Below, in pieces: positions 41,311 through 50,564 of a stretch of 64,000 bases of DNA. The position numbers and the translations under genes are program-made. The stretch's first letter is position 1. Each line of letters starts with the position of its first letter. This DNA is from Wickerhamiella versatilis (Eukaryota), in NCBI GenBank assembly GCA_030867685.1, contig JAQOWU010000008.1, positions 3,472,001-3,536,000 on the forward strand, written 5' to 3'. The notes under the pieces are model-generated. The model did no database searches, was not told the DNA's origin, and worked only from the letters and a program-made list of their open reading frames with translations.

Positions 41311-44300
41311 TTAAGAGGAACTATCTGAATCTTCTGAGTCGGTCATGTCATGTCCATGCTCGACATCTGTCAAGCTCTCAGCTACCTCTTTAAGCTCAAC
41401 ATGATAACCAATCCTTTCAAGGTAATTGGTAAGAGCAATTTGTTGAGATGGGTTTCCTACGACAAAAGCCAGACTCGTAGAGGCGTCAAAGAGCGGGAGT
41501 ATATAACAGTTTAAGGCCATCATAAACTCCTGCGGTTTAACTTTTTGCACATCAGTTATTAGTTTGTGCACAAAATTAGGACCATGGCATTTAATATAAT
41601 CGTCGAAATACTTCGAGCTAGAAGCAGCGGCCGGGGTTGCGAGACGCTGAGCCAGATCATTCACAAGACTCGAAATAGCACCAATATATAATTCATTATC
41701 AATGGGTGTAGCTCCTGTGGCGAGTTGTGAGACAATGTTCTTTGTCACTTGATAAGAACCTGCGACATCTGCTGCGCGGTAAAACTGACAAAATTGTTGA
41801 CCAGTGGAGACGCTTGTACTGACAGTTGCACCATAGGCCAATCCCGCTCCACGAACGGCCTTCCACAAAGGCCCCTCAGTAACCTGCAAATACGCGTTAG
41901 CCAAGTACAAACTGGGCAATACTGGATCATTGTAATCTTTGGGAGCTGGGCCAACCAATGAGAGATATGACGACTCTGTAGCAGGACAAAGAGTAAAATA
42001 AGCTCTACCAACTTCTGGAGTACTAAGATATTGAGATGAAGTAGGTATATGTGTCAGAGATCCAGTTTTGTTTGACGATAGTAATCTTGACCAGATAGAC
42101 TGCCACATCGACACAGGATTTTCGATACGAGGAATATCTCCAGTAACTAGGATGCGCATGTTATTAGCCCAAAACAATTGCGACAGTAACTCAGTAGTTT
42201 TGCCCGCTAGATCAACAGGATCAAAGTTCTCAAATAAATCCTCCGTTACGAGACCTTCGCTTTGCCTTCTAAGAGACTTCGGCAATAATGTTTCCTCAGC
42301 TACAGAAGAAGCTAATACAACATAGCCATCACGCTTCATTTCTGCAAGACTACTCAGATGTCGTCCAACAAAGATTCCCACTCTCTGAGGGTCAAATTTA
42401 ACGGCAAATATCACACGTTCAACCCATTTCACAGCATCGTGGTATGCTGCACGATGCACTCGCAGTTGAAGCATAACTAGCTCTTGGTTTGTTCCATTTG
42501 TACCTATGAAGTTAGACAGTGTCTCTCGCTTCACACTCTGAGAAACCTCCTCATGACTTAGTTCCGAACCGTCTTCAAGGATCATTGGCATGGAAAACAC
42601 CTCAGTTAACACGACGTCAATTAGTGGTAGGTATTCTGAATTCACTACCCCAGCATTTAGGTATATCTTTATGTTGACAAATTCGGACGGATAACTTTCA
42701 AAGTGAATAGGGAGCCCGAAATTAGCAGGTGTATCTGAATCAATAACTGACTGCAAGCTAGGGTCTGCAGATATACATGCTGAGGCTGGTGTAGAGGCTG
42801 ATTTTGTCTCAATAAACTTTATCTTGGCATAGTCAGGTGTCGGAAATTTTTCTAAGACAGAATCTGGAATGGGGATATCATTAGCTTTTGTCGCGTCTTC
42901 CAAGATTTTGCCCTGCTTTTTTAAGTCGAAGTTCTCATGGATATATTTGGAGCGTGCTTTATTCTGCTCTGCAAGCTGCTTGAGCTTTTCTCTACTTGGA
43001 ATACCGAGAACAGTTGCATGACAGTTGGCTACAAAGTACCTATGAACGAACTCTTGCCATTGTTCTCTGTTCCATTCGGCTAAAATATCATATTCAGAAA
43101 TATCAGACAGCCATTCGCGAATGGTAGATCCATCACGCTTTCCATACATAAAGACATCAATCGCCATATATGCGAAATTTTCGGGGTCATTTTCAACATT
43201 CTGAACCACCTTAGCACGTGTTCTTTTTATAATGTCGCGAACTAATTTTAAGTCAAAGTCTTTCACACACTGCTTTATCGTTTCCGTAATTAAAGGGTCA
43301 ACACTTTCAAGCTTTTCAGTCGGTACGCCCTCTAAATAGATATTAATCACAGTATTCAGATAGTCATTCGTATAAAGATAAATGTCCGATGCCAGCGGAT
43401 CCTCAACATCAACGAACTTAGCAAAGAGTTTTCCAACCCCTTCCATAGTGAGATAAGACTTTAAAACTTGAATGGCTGTATTCTCCACAATATCACTAGC
43501 TGGTGGACCAACCCAGCACTGTAGTGCTTCACCAAATGCTTCATCTTGTTCGGGAAATTCTATCTTACCTATCTTGGATGACTCCAATGGCGAATCCTGA
43601 ATTGGTGAATCTAGGAATGGACGAGGCATTGTACTGAAGCTTTGTTGGGAATCAAAGGGTTCAAGAACCTTTATGAGGTCTGTAGGCTCCACATCACCCG
43701 TGACAATTACACAGAGGTTGGAAGGCCGATACATTTTAGAATGATAGTCTCTAATTTCTTGCACAGATAGATTCCTTAGTGCACTCATTAAGCCACCAGT
43801 ATTTGATGCATATCCAGAATGCTTTTTATAGAGGAGCCTCTGCGCTTCACCTGTCATCAGTTCTGCCGACGTGTTTTCGACCGCTTGCATTTCACTGAAA
43901 ACCACGCCCTTTTCTTGGCCTTCTCCATCGATATGATAGACCTCAGTGGTACAAGCTTCATCAGTGATTGTAGCATTTAAGATATGATCAAGGTATACTG
44001 GTAACAGATTTGCAAAGCCTTCCCAGCCTGCGGTTTGTAAAGTGTAGACAGTTTGATCTTGGCTGGTCCATGCATTTGTGGAGCTCAGTTGTTTATTTCC
44101 AAGAATATCAAGCAAACCTTTGTACGGATAATTACGCGAACCCATAAAGACAAGATGCTCTAATGTGTGAGGGCACCCACTATCGTCATTAATTTCTGTT
44201 GGAACAGTAAAGTATCCATTGACAGCTGGGGTCTGCTGCCGTATTAGGACCACTTGCAATCCTGTTAGAGATGAATTCCAATTGTAGATAGTCGCGGATG

Positions 44301-44340
44301 GACAATATTTCGGGTGGATCTCTGCCAAAAGATTGAACAT
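41311..44340 (-). CDS. M16 zinc metalloprotease (YOL098C/Sdd3-like)
   Basis: DSGCPHTLEHLVFMGS..YPYKG.LD, TNAWT.QD.T.Y, GVVFSEMQ, EGPLW.AVRGAGLAYG. ATG at 44340. Confidence 0.88.
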   Translation of the reverse strand: MFNLLAEIHPKYCPSATIYNWNSSLTGLQVVLIRQQTPAVNGYFTVPTEINDDSGCPHTLEHLVFMGSRNYPYKGLLDILGNKQLSSTNAWTSQDQTVYTLQTAGWEGFANLLPVYLDHILNATITDEACTTEVYHIDGEGQEKGVVFSEMQAVENTSAELMTGEAQRLLYKKHSGYASNTGGLMSALRNLSVQEIRDYHSKMYRPSNLCVIVTGDVEPTDLIKVLEPFDSQQSFSTMPRPFLDSPIQDSPLESSKIGKIEFPEQDEAFGEALQCWVGPPASDIVENTAIQVLKSYLTMEGVGKLFAKFVDVEDPLASDIYLYTNDYLNTVINIYLEGVPTEKLESVDPLITETIKQCVKDFDLKLVRDIIKRTRAKVVQNVENDPENFAYMAIDVFMYGKRDGSTIREWLSDISEYDILAEWNREQWQEFVHRYFVANCHATVLGIPSREKLKQLAEQNKARSKYIHENFDLKKQGKILEDATKANDIPIPDSVLEKFPTPDYAKIKFIETKSASTPASACISADPSLQSVIDSDTPANFGLPIHFESYPSEFVNIKIYLNAGVVNSEYLPLIDVVLTEVFSMPMILEDGSELSHEEVSQSVKRETLSNFIGTNGTNQELVMLQLRVHRAAYHDAVKWVERVIFAVKFDPQRVGIFVGRHLSSLAEMKRDGYVVLASSVAEETLLPKSLRRQSEGLVTEDLFENFDPVDLAGKTTELLSQLFWANNMRILVTGDIPRIENPVSMWQSIWSRLLSSNKTGSLTHIPTSSQYLSTPEVGRAYFTLCPATESSYLSLVGPAPKDYNDPVLPSLYLANAYLQVTEGPLWKAVRGAGLAYGATVSTSVSTGQQFCQFYRAADVAGSYQVTKNIVSQLATGATPIDNELYIGAISSLVNDLAQRLATPAAASSSKYFDDYIKCHGPNFVHKLITDVQKVKPQEFMMALNCYILPLFDASTSLAFVVGNPSQQIALTNYLERIGYHVELKEVAESLTDVEHGHDMTDSEDSDSSS

Positions 44341-44372
44341 TCTTTGACTCAGCGACAAATCAGGCTCGGACC

Positions 44373-44957
44373 ATGGAGGTCGAACTTGATGAAGTCCAGT
44401 GGCGGGCGCCCGAGTTTGTACGGGCTATGGGGCTTCGTACGGATAATGTCTTAGACTATTTCGCTCTGAGCCCATTTTTTGATCGCTCGAGTAACAATCA
44501 AGTGTTAAAAATGCAATCGAATTATAACGAATTGCAGATGCAGAATCTCAGCGATAGGCTGCAAAATATGAAGGGGATAGAATTTGTTGTTGCATATGCT
44601 CAAGAACCAGACCTGTGGATCATAAGGAAACAGAACCGACATAGTCCAAGCGATGCAGAGATTATAGCTACTTACTTTGTGGTGGGTGAGAACATACATC
44701 AAGCACCTTCTGTATACGGGATAGTAGCATCTCGACTTCTAGCGTCTACTTTAAGTTTGAAGGAGGGCTTTTCAGTAGCACAGCAGCTCCCTCAATTTTC
44801 AGCGGCAAACTATAACTATCTTGACGATCAAAATTACCAAAAGCAATCAAAACATAGTAGCGCAAAGATAGTTGAAGAACCTAAAGAAGAAGCGAAAGAC
44901 TTCGAAAGGTCTTTTGATATTGCATTAAAGCCTGCACAGTATTTAAGCGAAAATTAG
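44373..44957 (+). CDS. MED6: Mediator subunit Med6
   Basis: LDEVQWRAPE, NVLDYFA.SPFFDRSSNN, GIEF, WIIRKQ.R, QAP. Confidence 0.95.
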   Translation: MEVELDEVQWRAPEFVRAMGLRTDNVLDYFALSPFFDRSSNNQVLKMQSNYNELQMQNLSDRLQNMKGIEFVVAYAQEPDLWIIRKQNRHSPSDAEIIATYFVVGENIHQAPSVYGIVASRLLASTLSLKEGFSVAQQLPQFSAANYNYLDDQNYQKQSKHSSAKIVEEPKEEAKDFERSFDIALKPAQYLSEN

Positions 44958-45049
44958 AGTAGGCAGATTATTAAAATCTACATATATACAGCCGTTGAGG
45001 ATGTTAAATAGTGTTGAATTATACATATTTTTGAGTCAAAAGCTTCAGT

Positions 45050-47338
45050 TCATGCCTTAGCTTCTTTTTCACGGAACACCTTAGCAGCATTTACCATGTT
45101 CTCCAGCTGCTTGCGTACTTCGTCCCATTTACGTGTTTTGAGACCGCAATCAGGGTTAATCCAAAGTTTCTTGGCGGGGTAGACAGCAAGAATGTCTGCG
45201 ATACGCTTCTCGAATTCTTCCTGGGGAGGCACACGGGGGCTGTGGATGTCGAAGAGACCAAAACCGATATGGTTGGGGTAGTCCTTGAAGTTCTCAATGT
45301 ACTTGTCTGAAGCCTTCTTCGAGAACTCAATTGATACAACATCCGCATCAAGTGCCTTGATATGGTTCGGATCGAGGTCAGAATAACAGAAATGAGAGTG
45401 CACTTGGGTACTATCCTTCACTCCTGAAGTTGCAATCCTGAAAGACTGAGGAGCCCATTCCACGTATGCATTCCTCTCGTCACCTTCACGCAAAGGAAGA
45501 CCCTCGCGAATTGCAGGCTCGTCAACTTGGATGACTGTGACACCTGCAGCTTCAAGGTCAAGAACCTCGTCGCGAAGTGCAAAAGCGAGCTGTTGTGCCT
45601 GCTCCTTCTGACTCACATCGTCACGCGGGAAGGACCAACGCAAGATAGTGACAGGACCAGTCAACATACCCTTCATTGGCTTCGAAGTCTGGGTCTGAGC
45701 GTACTTCGACTCCTTGACAGTCATTGGGCTAGGACGGCTCACATCACCATAGATGATGGGTGGGCGTACGTAACGAGAGCCGTAGGACTGTACCCAGCCA
45801 TTGACAGTGAATGCGAATCCCTTAAGCTGTTCTCCGAAATACTGTACCATATCGTTACGCTCTGGTTCACCGTGTACGAGCACGTCAAGACCAACCTCTT
45901 CCTGGAATTTGATCACATCACGAATTTGCTCCTCAATGAAGGCATCATACTCCTGAGCAGAAATTTCGCCCTTGGTGAACTTGAGGCGTTGTCTACGGAT
46001 CTCAGGAGTTTGTGGGAAAGAACCAATGGTCGTTGTAGGGAACAAGGGCAGATTCAAAGCCTTTTGAGCAGCATCGCGCGCCTCGAAAGGCGATGCACGG
46101 CGGTGATCTTTTTCCGTGATGCCAGCAACACGCTTCTGCACAGCACCGTCGTTAGTAAATTCAGATTTAGCGCGGGCCTCAACGCTCTTGGCATTGGCTT
46201 CGAGCTCCTGCTTGACATCTTCACCAGAGAAGGCTTTGGCCACAACAACGACTTCCGCAAGCTTCTGCTTGGCGAATGAGAACCAATCCTTGATAGTCGC
46301 ATCAAGTTTTGGCTCGTTGTCAAGGTCGACTGGTGTGTGCAACAAACTTGACGATGTGGAAACAATCAAGTTGTCCTTTCCACCGACCTTGGCAGCAGCA
46401 TCTTCAAGAATCTTGAGGGACTTAGCGAAGTCGTTCTTCCAAATATTACGACCGTCCACAACACCAACACTCAATACCTGGTTTTCACCGATGAGACCAG
46501 CGACCTCACCCAGCTGTTCAGGAGCACGCACGAAATCGAAATGATATCCAGAAACAGGAAGGCCCTTAATTGCCTCCAAGTTTGGTCTAACGTCTCCGAA
46601 ATAGGAGGTCAGCAACAACTTAGCCTTGGGAGCCTTTTCAGCCAAATATTCAAAGGCCTTCTTGTATGCTGCCTGCACATCCTTACTGAGATCAGTTACT
46701 AGAATGGGTTCATCGATTTGGATCCATTCAGCACCGGCCTCTACCAGTTTGTTCAACAGTTCCGCATAAACTGGGAGCAGTTTATCAAGAAGAGACAAAG
46801 GCTCAAGGTCCTTGGAGTCGGCATCAGCCTTACCCAAAACCAGGTAGGAGACTGGGCCTATTATGACTGGTCGGGTGGAGACGCCGAGTTCCTTGGCCTC
46901 CAGATACTCATCGACAGGCTTCTGGCCGTTCAACTTGAACTCAGTAGAAGTCGAGAAAGTTGGGCGGACGTAGTGGTAGTTACTATCGAACCACTTTACC
47001 ATCTCTAGCGCCGGCACATCCACACCGTCGCGCTGAAGTCCACGACCCATGGCGAATAGAGTGTCGAGGTGGGAAAGGCCATATTTAGAATATCTTTCCG
47101 GGATCGCATTGAAAAGGAATGACGCATCCAAAATTTGGTCATAATACGAGAAGTCGTTGGATGGGATGATGTCTACACCTGCATCCTTCTGAAGCTGCCA
47201 GTTCTGAGTGCGAAGGTCTTTGCCGACTTTCTCGAGGTCATCAGCAGTGGTCTTGCCAGACCAATACGACTCAGTAGCCTTTTTAAGTTCTCGCTTCGCG
47301 CCAATGCGTGGAAATCCTAGTACGCTGCTCTCCACCAT
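45050..47338 (-). CDS. MET6: Cobalamin-independent methionine synthase
   Basis: LGFPRIG..RELK, KWFDSNYHY, PTTTIGSFPQT, HGEPERNDMV, HFCY, NPDCGLKTR. Confidence 0.98.
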   Translation of the reverse strand: MVESSVLGFPRIGAKRELKKATESYWSGKTTADDLEKVGKDLRTQNWQLQKDAGVDIIPSNDFSYYDQILDASFLFNAIPERYSKYGLSHLDTLFAMGRGLQRDGVDVPALEMVKWFDSNYHYVRPTFSTSTEFKLNGQKPVDEYLEAKELGVSTRPVIIGPVSYLVLGKADADSKDLEPLSLLDKLLPVYAELLNKLVEAGAEWIQIDEPILVTDLSKDVQAAYKKAFEYLAEKAPKAKLLLTSYFGDVRPNLEAIKGLPVSGYHFDFVRAPEQLGEVAGLIGENQVLSVGVVDGRNIWKNDFAKSLKILEDAAAKVGGKDNLIVSTSSSLLHTPVDLDNEPKLDATIKDWFSFAKQKLAEVVVVAKAFSGEDVKQELEANAKSVEARAKSEFTNDGAVQKRVAGITEKDHRRASPFEARDAAQKALNLPLFPTTTIGSFPQTPEIRRQRLKFTKGEISAQEYDAFIEEQIRDVIKFQEEVGLDVLVHGEPERNDMVQYFGEQLKGFAFTVNGWVQSYGSRYVRPPIIYGDVSRPSPMTVKESKYAQTQTSKPMKGMLTGPVTILRWSFPRDDVSQKEQAQQLAFALRDEVLDLEAAGVTVIQVDEPAIREGLPLREGDERNAYVEWAPQSFRIATSGVKDSTQVHSHFCYSDLDPNHIKALDADVVSIEFSKKASDKYIENFKDYPNHIGFGLFDIHSPRVPPQEEFEKRIADILAVYPAKKLWINPDCGLKTRKWDEVRKQLENMVNAAKVFREKEAKA

Positions 47339-47400
47339 GTATCGTTAGATGCTAGGAGTGATGATGTGTCAACTAAAATTTGGAAGAATGAACAGAATAT

Positions 47401-47410
47401 GTCACGTGAT
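47401..47410. promoter_or_regulatory. Cbf1-type site GTCACGTGAT upstream of MET6
   Basis: RTCACGTG about 63 bp upstream of the MET6 ATG; Cbf1 sites are typical of yeast MET genes. Confidence 0.65.
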
Positions 47411-47899
47411 ATGTTGTCAACATTCCTTAAAATGTATAGTTCTTAGAGACTTGTCTAGATGGACATTAGACTTAAAATAAATTGAATAATACGTGATAGA
47501 CTAGTTCATTTCGCGATTTACCATCATTTCACGCAAGAAATAACAAACATAATCAGAACAAGCCTAACGGTTAAAACGTCATGTTAAATTCTTGAGGATA
47601 AAAAAATGACAAAAATACTGATCAAGCCGAGCGCTCGATAAGTTGCTCGCTTAAACTTTTCGCTTCCTGGATCAAGACAAAAACTCGGATTTACTCTGAA
47701 AAACAACCCGTACCCATGAAAACTTCCTGTTTTACCTCCTTATTGTTCTATAAGACAAAGAGAGGGCCCAGAGGAGGATTTATTCATTTTTATTAACTAG
47801 TATTTCATCAATTGTGTACAATGACAGCGTTTGACTGTTAAGTTTTTGGTTTAATTAGATTTGAAATAATGGTCGTCTAAGTATTCTCGTGAATATTCA

Positions 47900-48075
47900 C
47901 ACGTGCTAAAGAGTCACTGGACCTAACCCTGAAGAAAAAAGCTAAATTTACCACTAAAAAATACATTAAAGTCAATATAATTTAAATGAGAACACTAGAA
48001 ATTAAGTTTCCCACGTTATCAGGTGGCTGATATCTTGAGCTATTCGCCCAAACTTACTCTGGCACCAATCACGTG
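47900..48075. promoter_or_regulatory. Cluster of bHLH (Pho4/Cbf1-type) boxes upstream of the glycerophosphodiesterase gene
   Basis: CACGTG at 47900, CACGTT at 48012, CACGTG at 48070. Confidence 0.45.
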
Positions 48076-48169
48076 GTTAGTCTTTCATAGTAGTAATAAA
48101 TAATAATCCGGGACCTTCCGACTTCAACTAATAAACTTTTTACCCGAGTTTTATTTTTCATCCAGACCA

Positions 48170-49102
48170 ATGTCAATAATTGGAAACTCACAATTTCAAG
48201 GTGTCCAGGCTAAGCCTAAAATCATTGGACACCGTGGATTCCGTGGCAAGTATCCTGAGAATACTATCCTCGCCATGCGTCAAGGTGTCGCGGTGGGCGC
48301 GCAATTCATAGAGACTGATATTCAATTGGCAAGTGACGGAGTTGTTGTCATGTGCCATGACATTGACACTGGAAGGTGTTTTAATAAGAACTATGAGGTT
48401 GAGAAGACACCTTATCACGGCGTTCTTGATCAACTGCACACTAAGGACAAATATCAAGAGCCAATGCCTACCCTGCATGAAGTTGCTAGTATGTTTATGC
48501 ACGATGAAGCCTTTAAGGATGTTACACTTATGATTGACGTTAAGAGGAGTAATGGTCCACATGTCGTACCTTACATGGCAAAAGTACTCGAGTCTATCGC
48601 TCCTTTGGAGAAGTGGGCAACGAGATGTACGCTCGGAGTGTGGCGTCTTTCTGTTCTTCGTGCTGTAGAGGAGGTATGCCCCATACTCCCTGTCACTTTT
48701 ATTGGGTGGGAGCAGCGCACTGCGCGGGCCTTCATGCAACACAACGTTGTCAAAGGCATTTCAGTTTGTTATGCATCGCTCGCATGTGCTGGTGGCCCAG
48801 AGCTCATGGAAGAAGCCAGACAAAACGGTGTGAAACTTTATTCTTGGACAGTTAATGACCCTGAACCCATGAAATGGTCAGTTGCCGCTCGACTTGAGGG
48901 ACTTATAACAGATTACCCTGATGTCTTGGCCCATTTCTTATCTACCATTAGTGAAAAAGATATGATGTCGGAATATTTCACCTCTGAGCCTCGACAGTTT
49001 TATTCTCCATTGTATATGGTCAAGCTTTGGTCGATGTACCTAGCAGCCACTTGGTACTTGGTGGTTGCAGATACCTTCCCAACATTTTTTACACGAGCAT
49101 AA
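48170..49102 (+). CDS. PGC1: Glycerophosphodiester phosphodiesterase / phosphatidylglycerol phospholipase C
   Basis: IIGHRGF...YPENT, ETDIQL..DG..V.CHD, WTVN, ITDYP; hydrophobic C-terminus. Confidence 0.85.
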   Translation: MSIIGNSQFQGVQAKPKIIGHRGFRGKYPENTILAMRQGVAVGAQFIETDIQLASDGVVVMCHDIDTGRCFNKNYEVEKTPYHGVLDQLHTKDKYQEPMPTLHEVASMFMHDEAFKDVTLMIDVKRSNGPHVVPYMAKVLESIAPLEKWATRCTLGVWRLSVLRAVEEVCPILPVTFIGWEQRTARAFMQHNVVKGISVCYASLACAGGPELMEEARQNGVKLYSWTVNDPEPMKWSVAARLEGLITDYPDVLAHFLSTISEKDMMSEYFTSEPRQFYSPLYMVKLWSMYLAATWYLVVADTFPTFFTRA

Positions 49103-49163
49103 TTAGCAAATACGTTATAGTAAAGACCTAATTCCTTCTTCTTCACACACACTAACTTCGTTG

Positions 49164-50309
49164 TCACATATTAGTCTTGAAAGCTACGCTTCTATTCGAC
49201 ACAGCGTTTAATAGCACCCACGCTATAGATGACGCAGGCGGGACAGTGAAATCAAGATCTTGAGCAGGATTCTTCATAGATTCTGTAGTTTTAACCTCAA
49301 GACATGCCTTGCTAAGATCCTTCAGAGGAACCCATCGTGCATCTGCAAGTTCCGGGTCGTGTTCCAGATGAATTTGATGCGATTCCTCGGCGGAGTCCGC
49401 GATCTCTGCAATACAACCAATCATCAAGTTTGCCGGATAAGGCCATGGTTGGCTTGCATAAAGCAATACTCTGCCCACATTAACACCCGCTTCTTCAAAC
49501 GACTCCCTGCGAACACAATCCTCGAGACTCTCGCCACTTTCCAGAAACCCAGCAATGCATGTATACATAGGTAGTTCTTTTGCACGCTTGTGGCGTCCTA
49601 TGAGTACTTTTTCTCCATCATGGGACAATATCGCGACAATTATACAACAATCGGTACGTGGGAAGCATAGATTGGATACGGACGTCTGGGTACGACAGCC
49701 AGAATTTTCACAAGACAGTTTCCACCCCCCATGCACGACTTTATTTCGTGTACCACAACTAGCACAGAATCGAACACGATTTATCCAATCTAGAATTGTA
49801 CGGCTTTCAGCGAAAATGGCGTAATCGCTTTCTGATAGGTTAGGTCCCCACATTATAGGCATAAACTCACCAGGGAGTGAGCTGTTGATTTGCTGGAGGG
49901 ATTCTTGCAATTTAGCCGTAGCATGTGGATAAGGTGTTGTGTCGATAGCAAAATATGGGCGGCCTCGATAACCTTTGTACTCAAAGACATCTGATTCCTT
50001 CTCATCGAGGCCCAGAAAGATGACTTGCGCATGGTTAACTCCACTAACATTTGCATGGCTAAATGCATTGTCGGCAATTACACTTTCAAATTCACTGTAG
50101 CTAAATGCAAGAAGACGATTTTCTCTCACCAGAGGCTGGAAACTACGAAGGGGGTATAATCGACTCGACGGTGAGGTAAGAGCACTATTCAAAAAAAAAG
50201 TATCATCCCTTAAAAAAGATAGACGATTTAATGGGTTTCCTGAGTACGTGGTAATAACTTCCGTTCCATATTGGGCGGTTAGCGGGCCCATCCTACCGGG
50301 ACCAGTCAT
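49164..50309 (-). CDS. NPY1: NADH pyrophosphatase (NudC family)
   Basis: NPLNRLSFLR, FCASCG, FPRTD, AGFLESGESLEDCVRRESFEEAGV, SQPWPYP. ATG at 50309 (or 50291). Confidence 0.93.
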   Translation of the reverse strand: MTGPGRMGPLTAQYGTEVITTYSGNPLNRLSFLRDDTFFLNSALTSPSSRLYPLRSFQPLVRENRLLAFSYSEFESVIADNAFSHANVSGVNHAQVIFLGLDEKESDVFEYKGYRGRPYFAIDTTPYPHATAKLQESLQQINSSLPGEFMPIMWGPNLSESDYAIFAESRTILDWINRVRFCASCGTRNKVVHGGWKLSCENSGCRTQTSVSNLCFPRTDCCIIVAILSHDGEKVLIGRHKRAKELPMYTCIAGFLESGESLEDCVRRESFEEAGVNVGRVLLYASQPWPYPANLMIGCIAEIADSAEESHQIHLEHDPELADARWVPLKDLSKACLEVKTTESMKNPAQDLDFTVPPASSIAWVLLNAVSNRSVAFKTNM

Positions 50310-50564
50310 ATTATTAAAAATAGGCCTCCCAGAGAAAAGGAAAGGGTGATGTGGTTTTACCCTCCAAGGGAAAGTTTTGAGCGAAATAATAGCCAAAGCA
50401 GAAGCCTATAGTTCTTAGGTTAGGTTCCTTTGAAAGTTTTAGATGGCACCCAGTATAGAGATGTTCTGGATAGTGCCTTGGCGCAAAGGGTGTTTTGTCA
50501 GCTTAGGGAAGGCCGCTTTCGTAAAGTAGAAACACCTTCTCCCGCCCAGAGAGCATCGCGCACT

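Noticed and set aside
45527-46544. Long antisense ORFs within MET6 (similar ones in RET2, SEY1 and the SAPS gene)
   Set aside because: An expected by-product of codon bias in well-expressed genes; no recognisable motifs.
47590-47700. Possible C/D snoRNA (TGAGGA...CTGA...hairpin...CTGA)
   Set aside because: Degenerate C box, no terminal stem, and no guide complementarity to rRNA that I could recognise.
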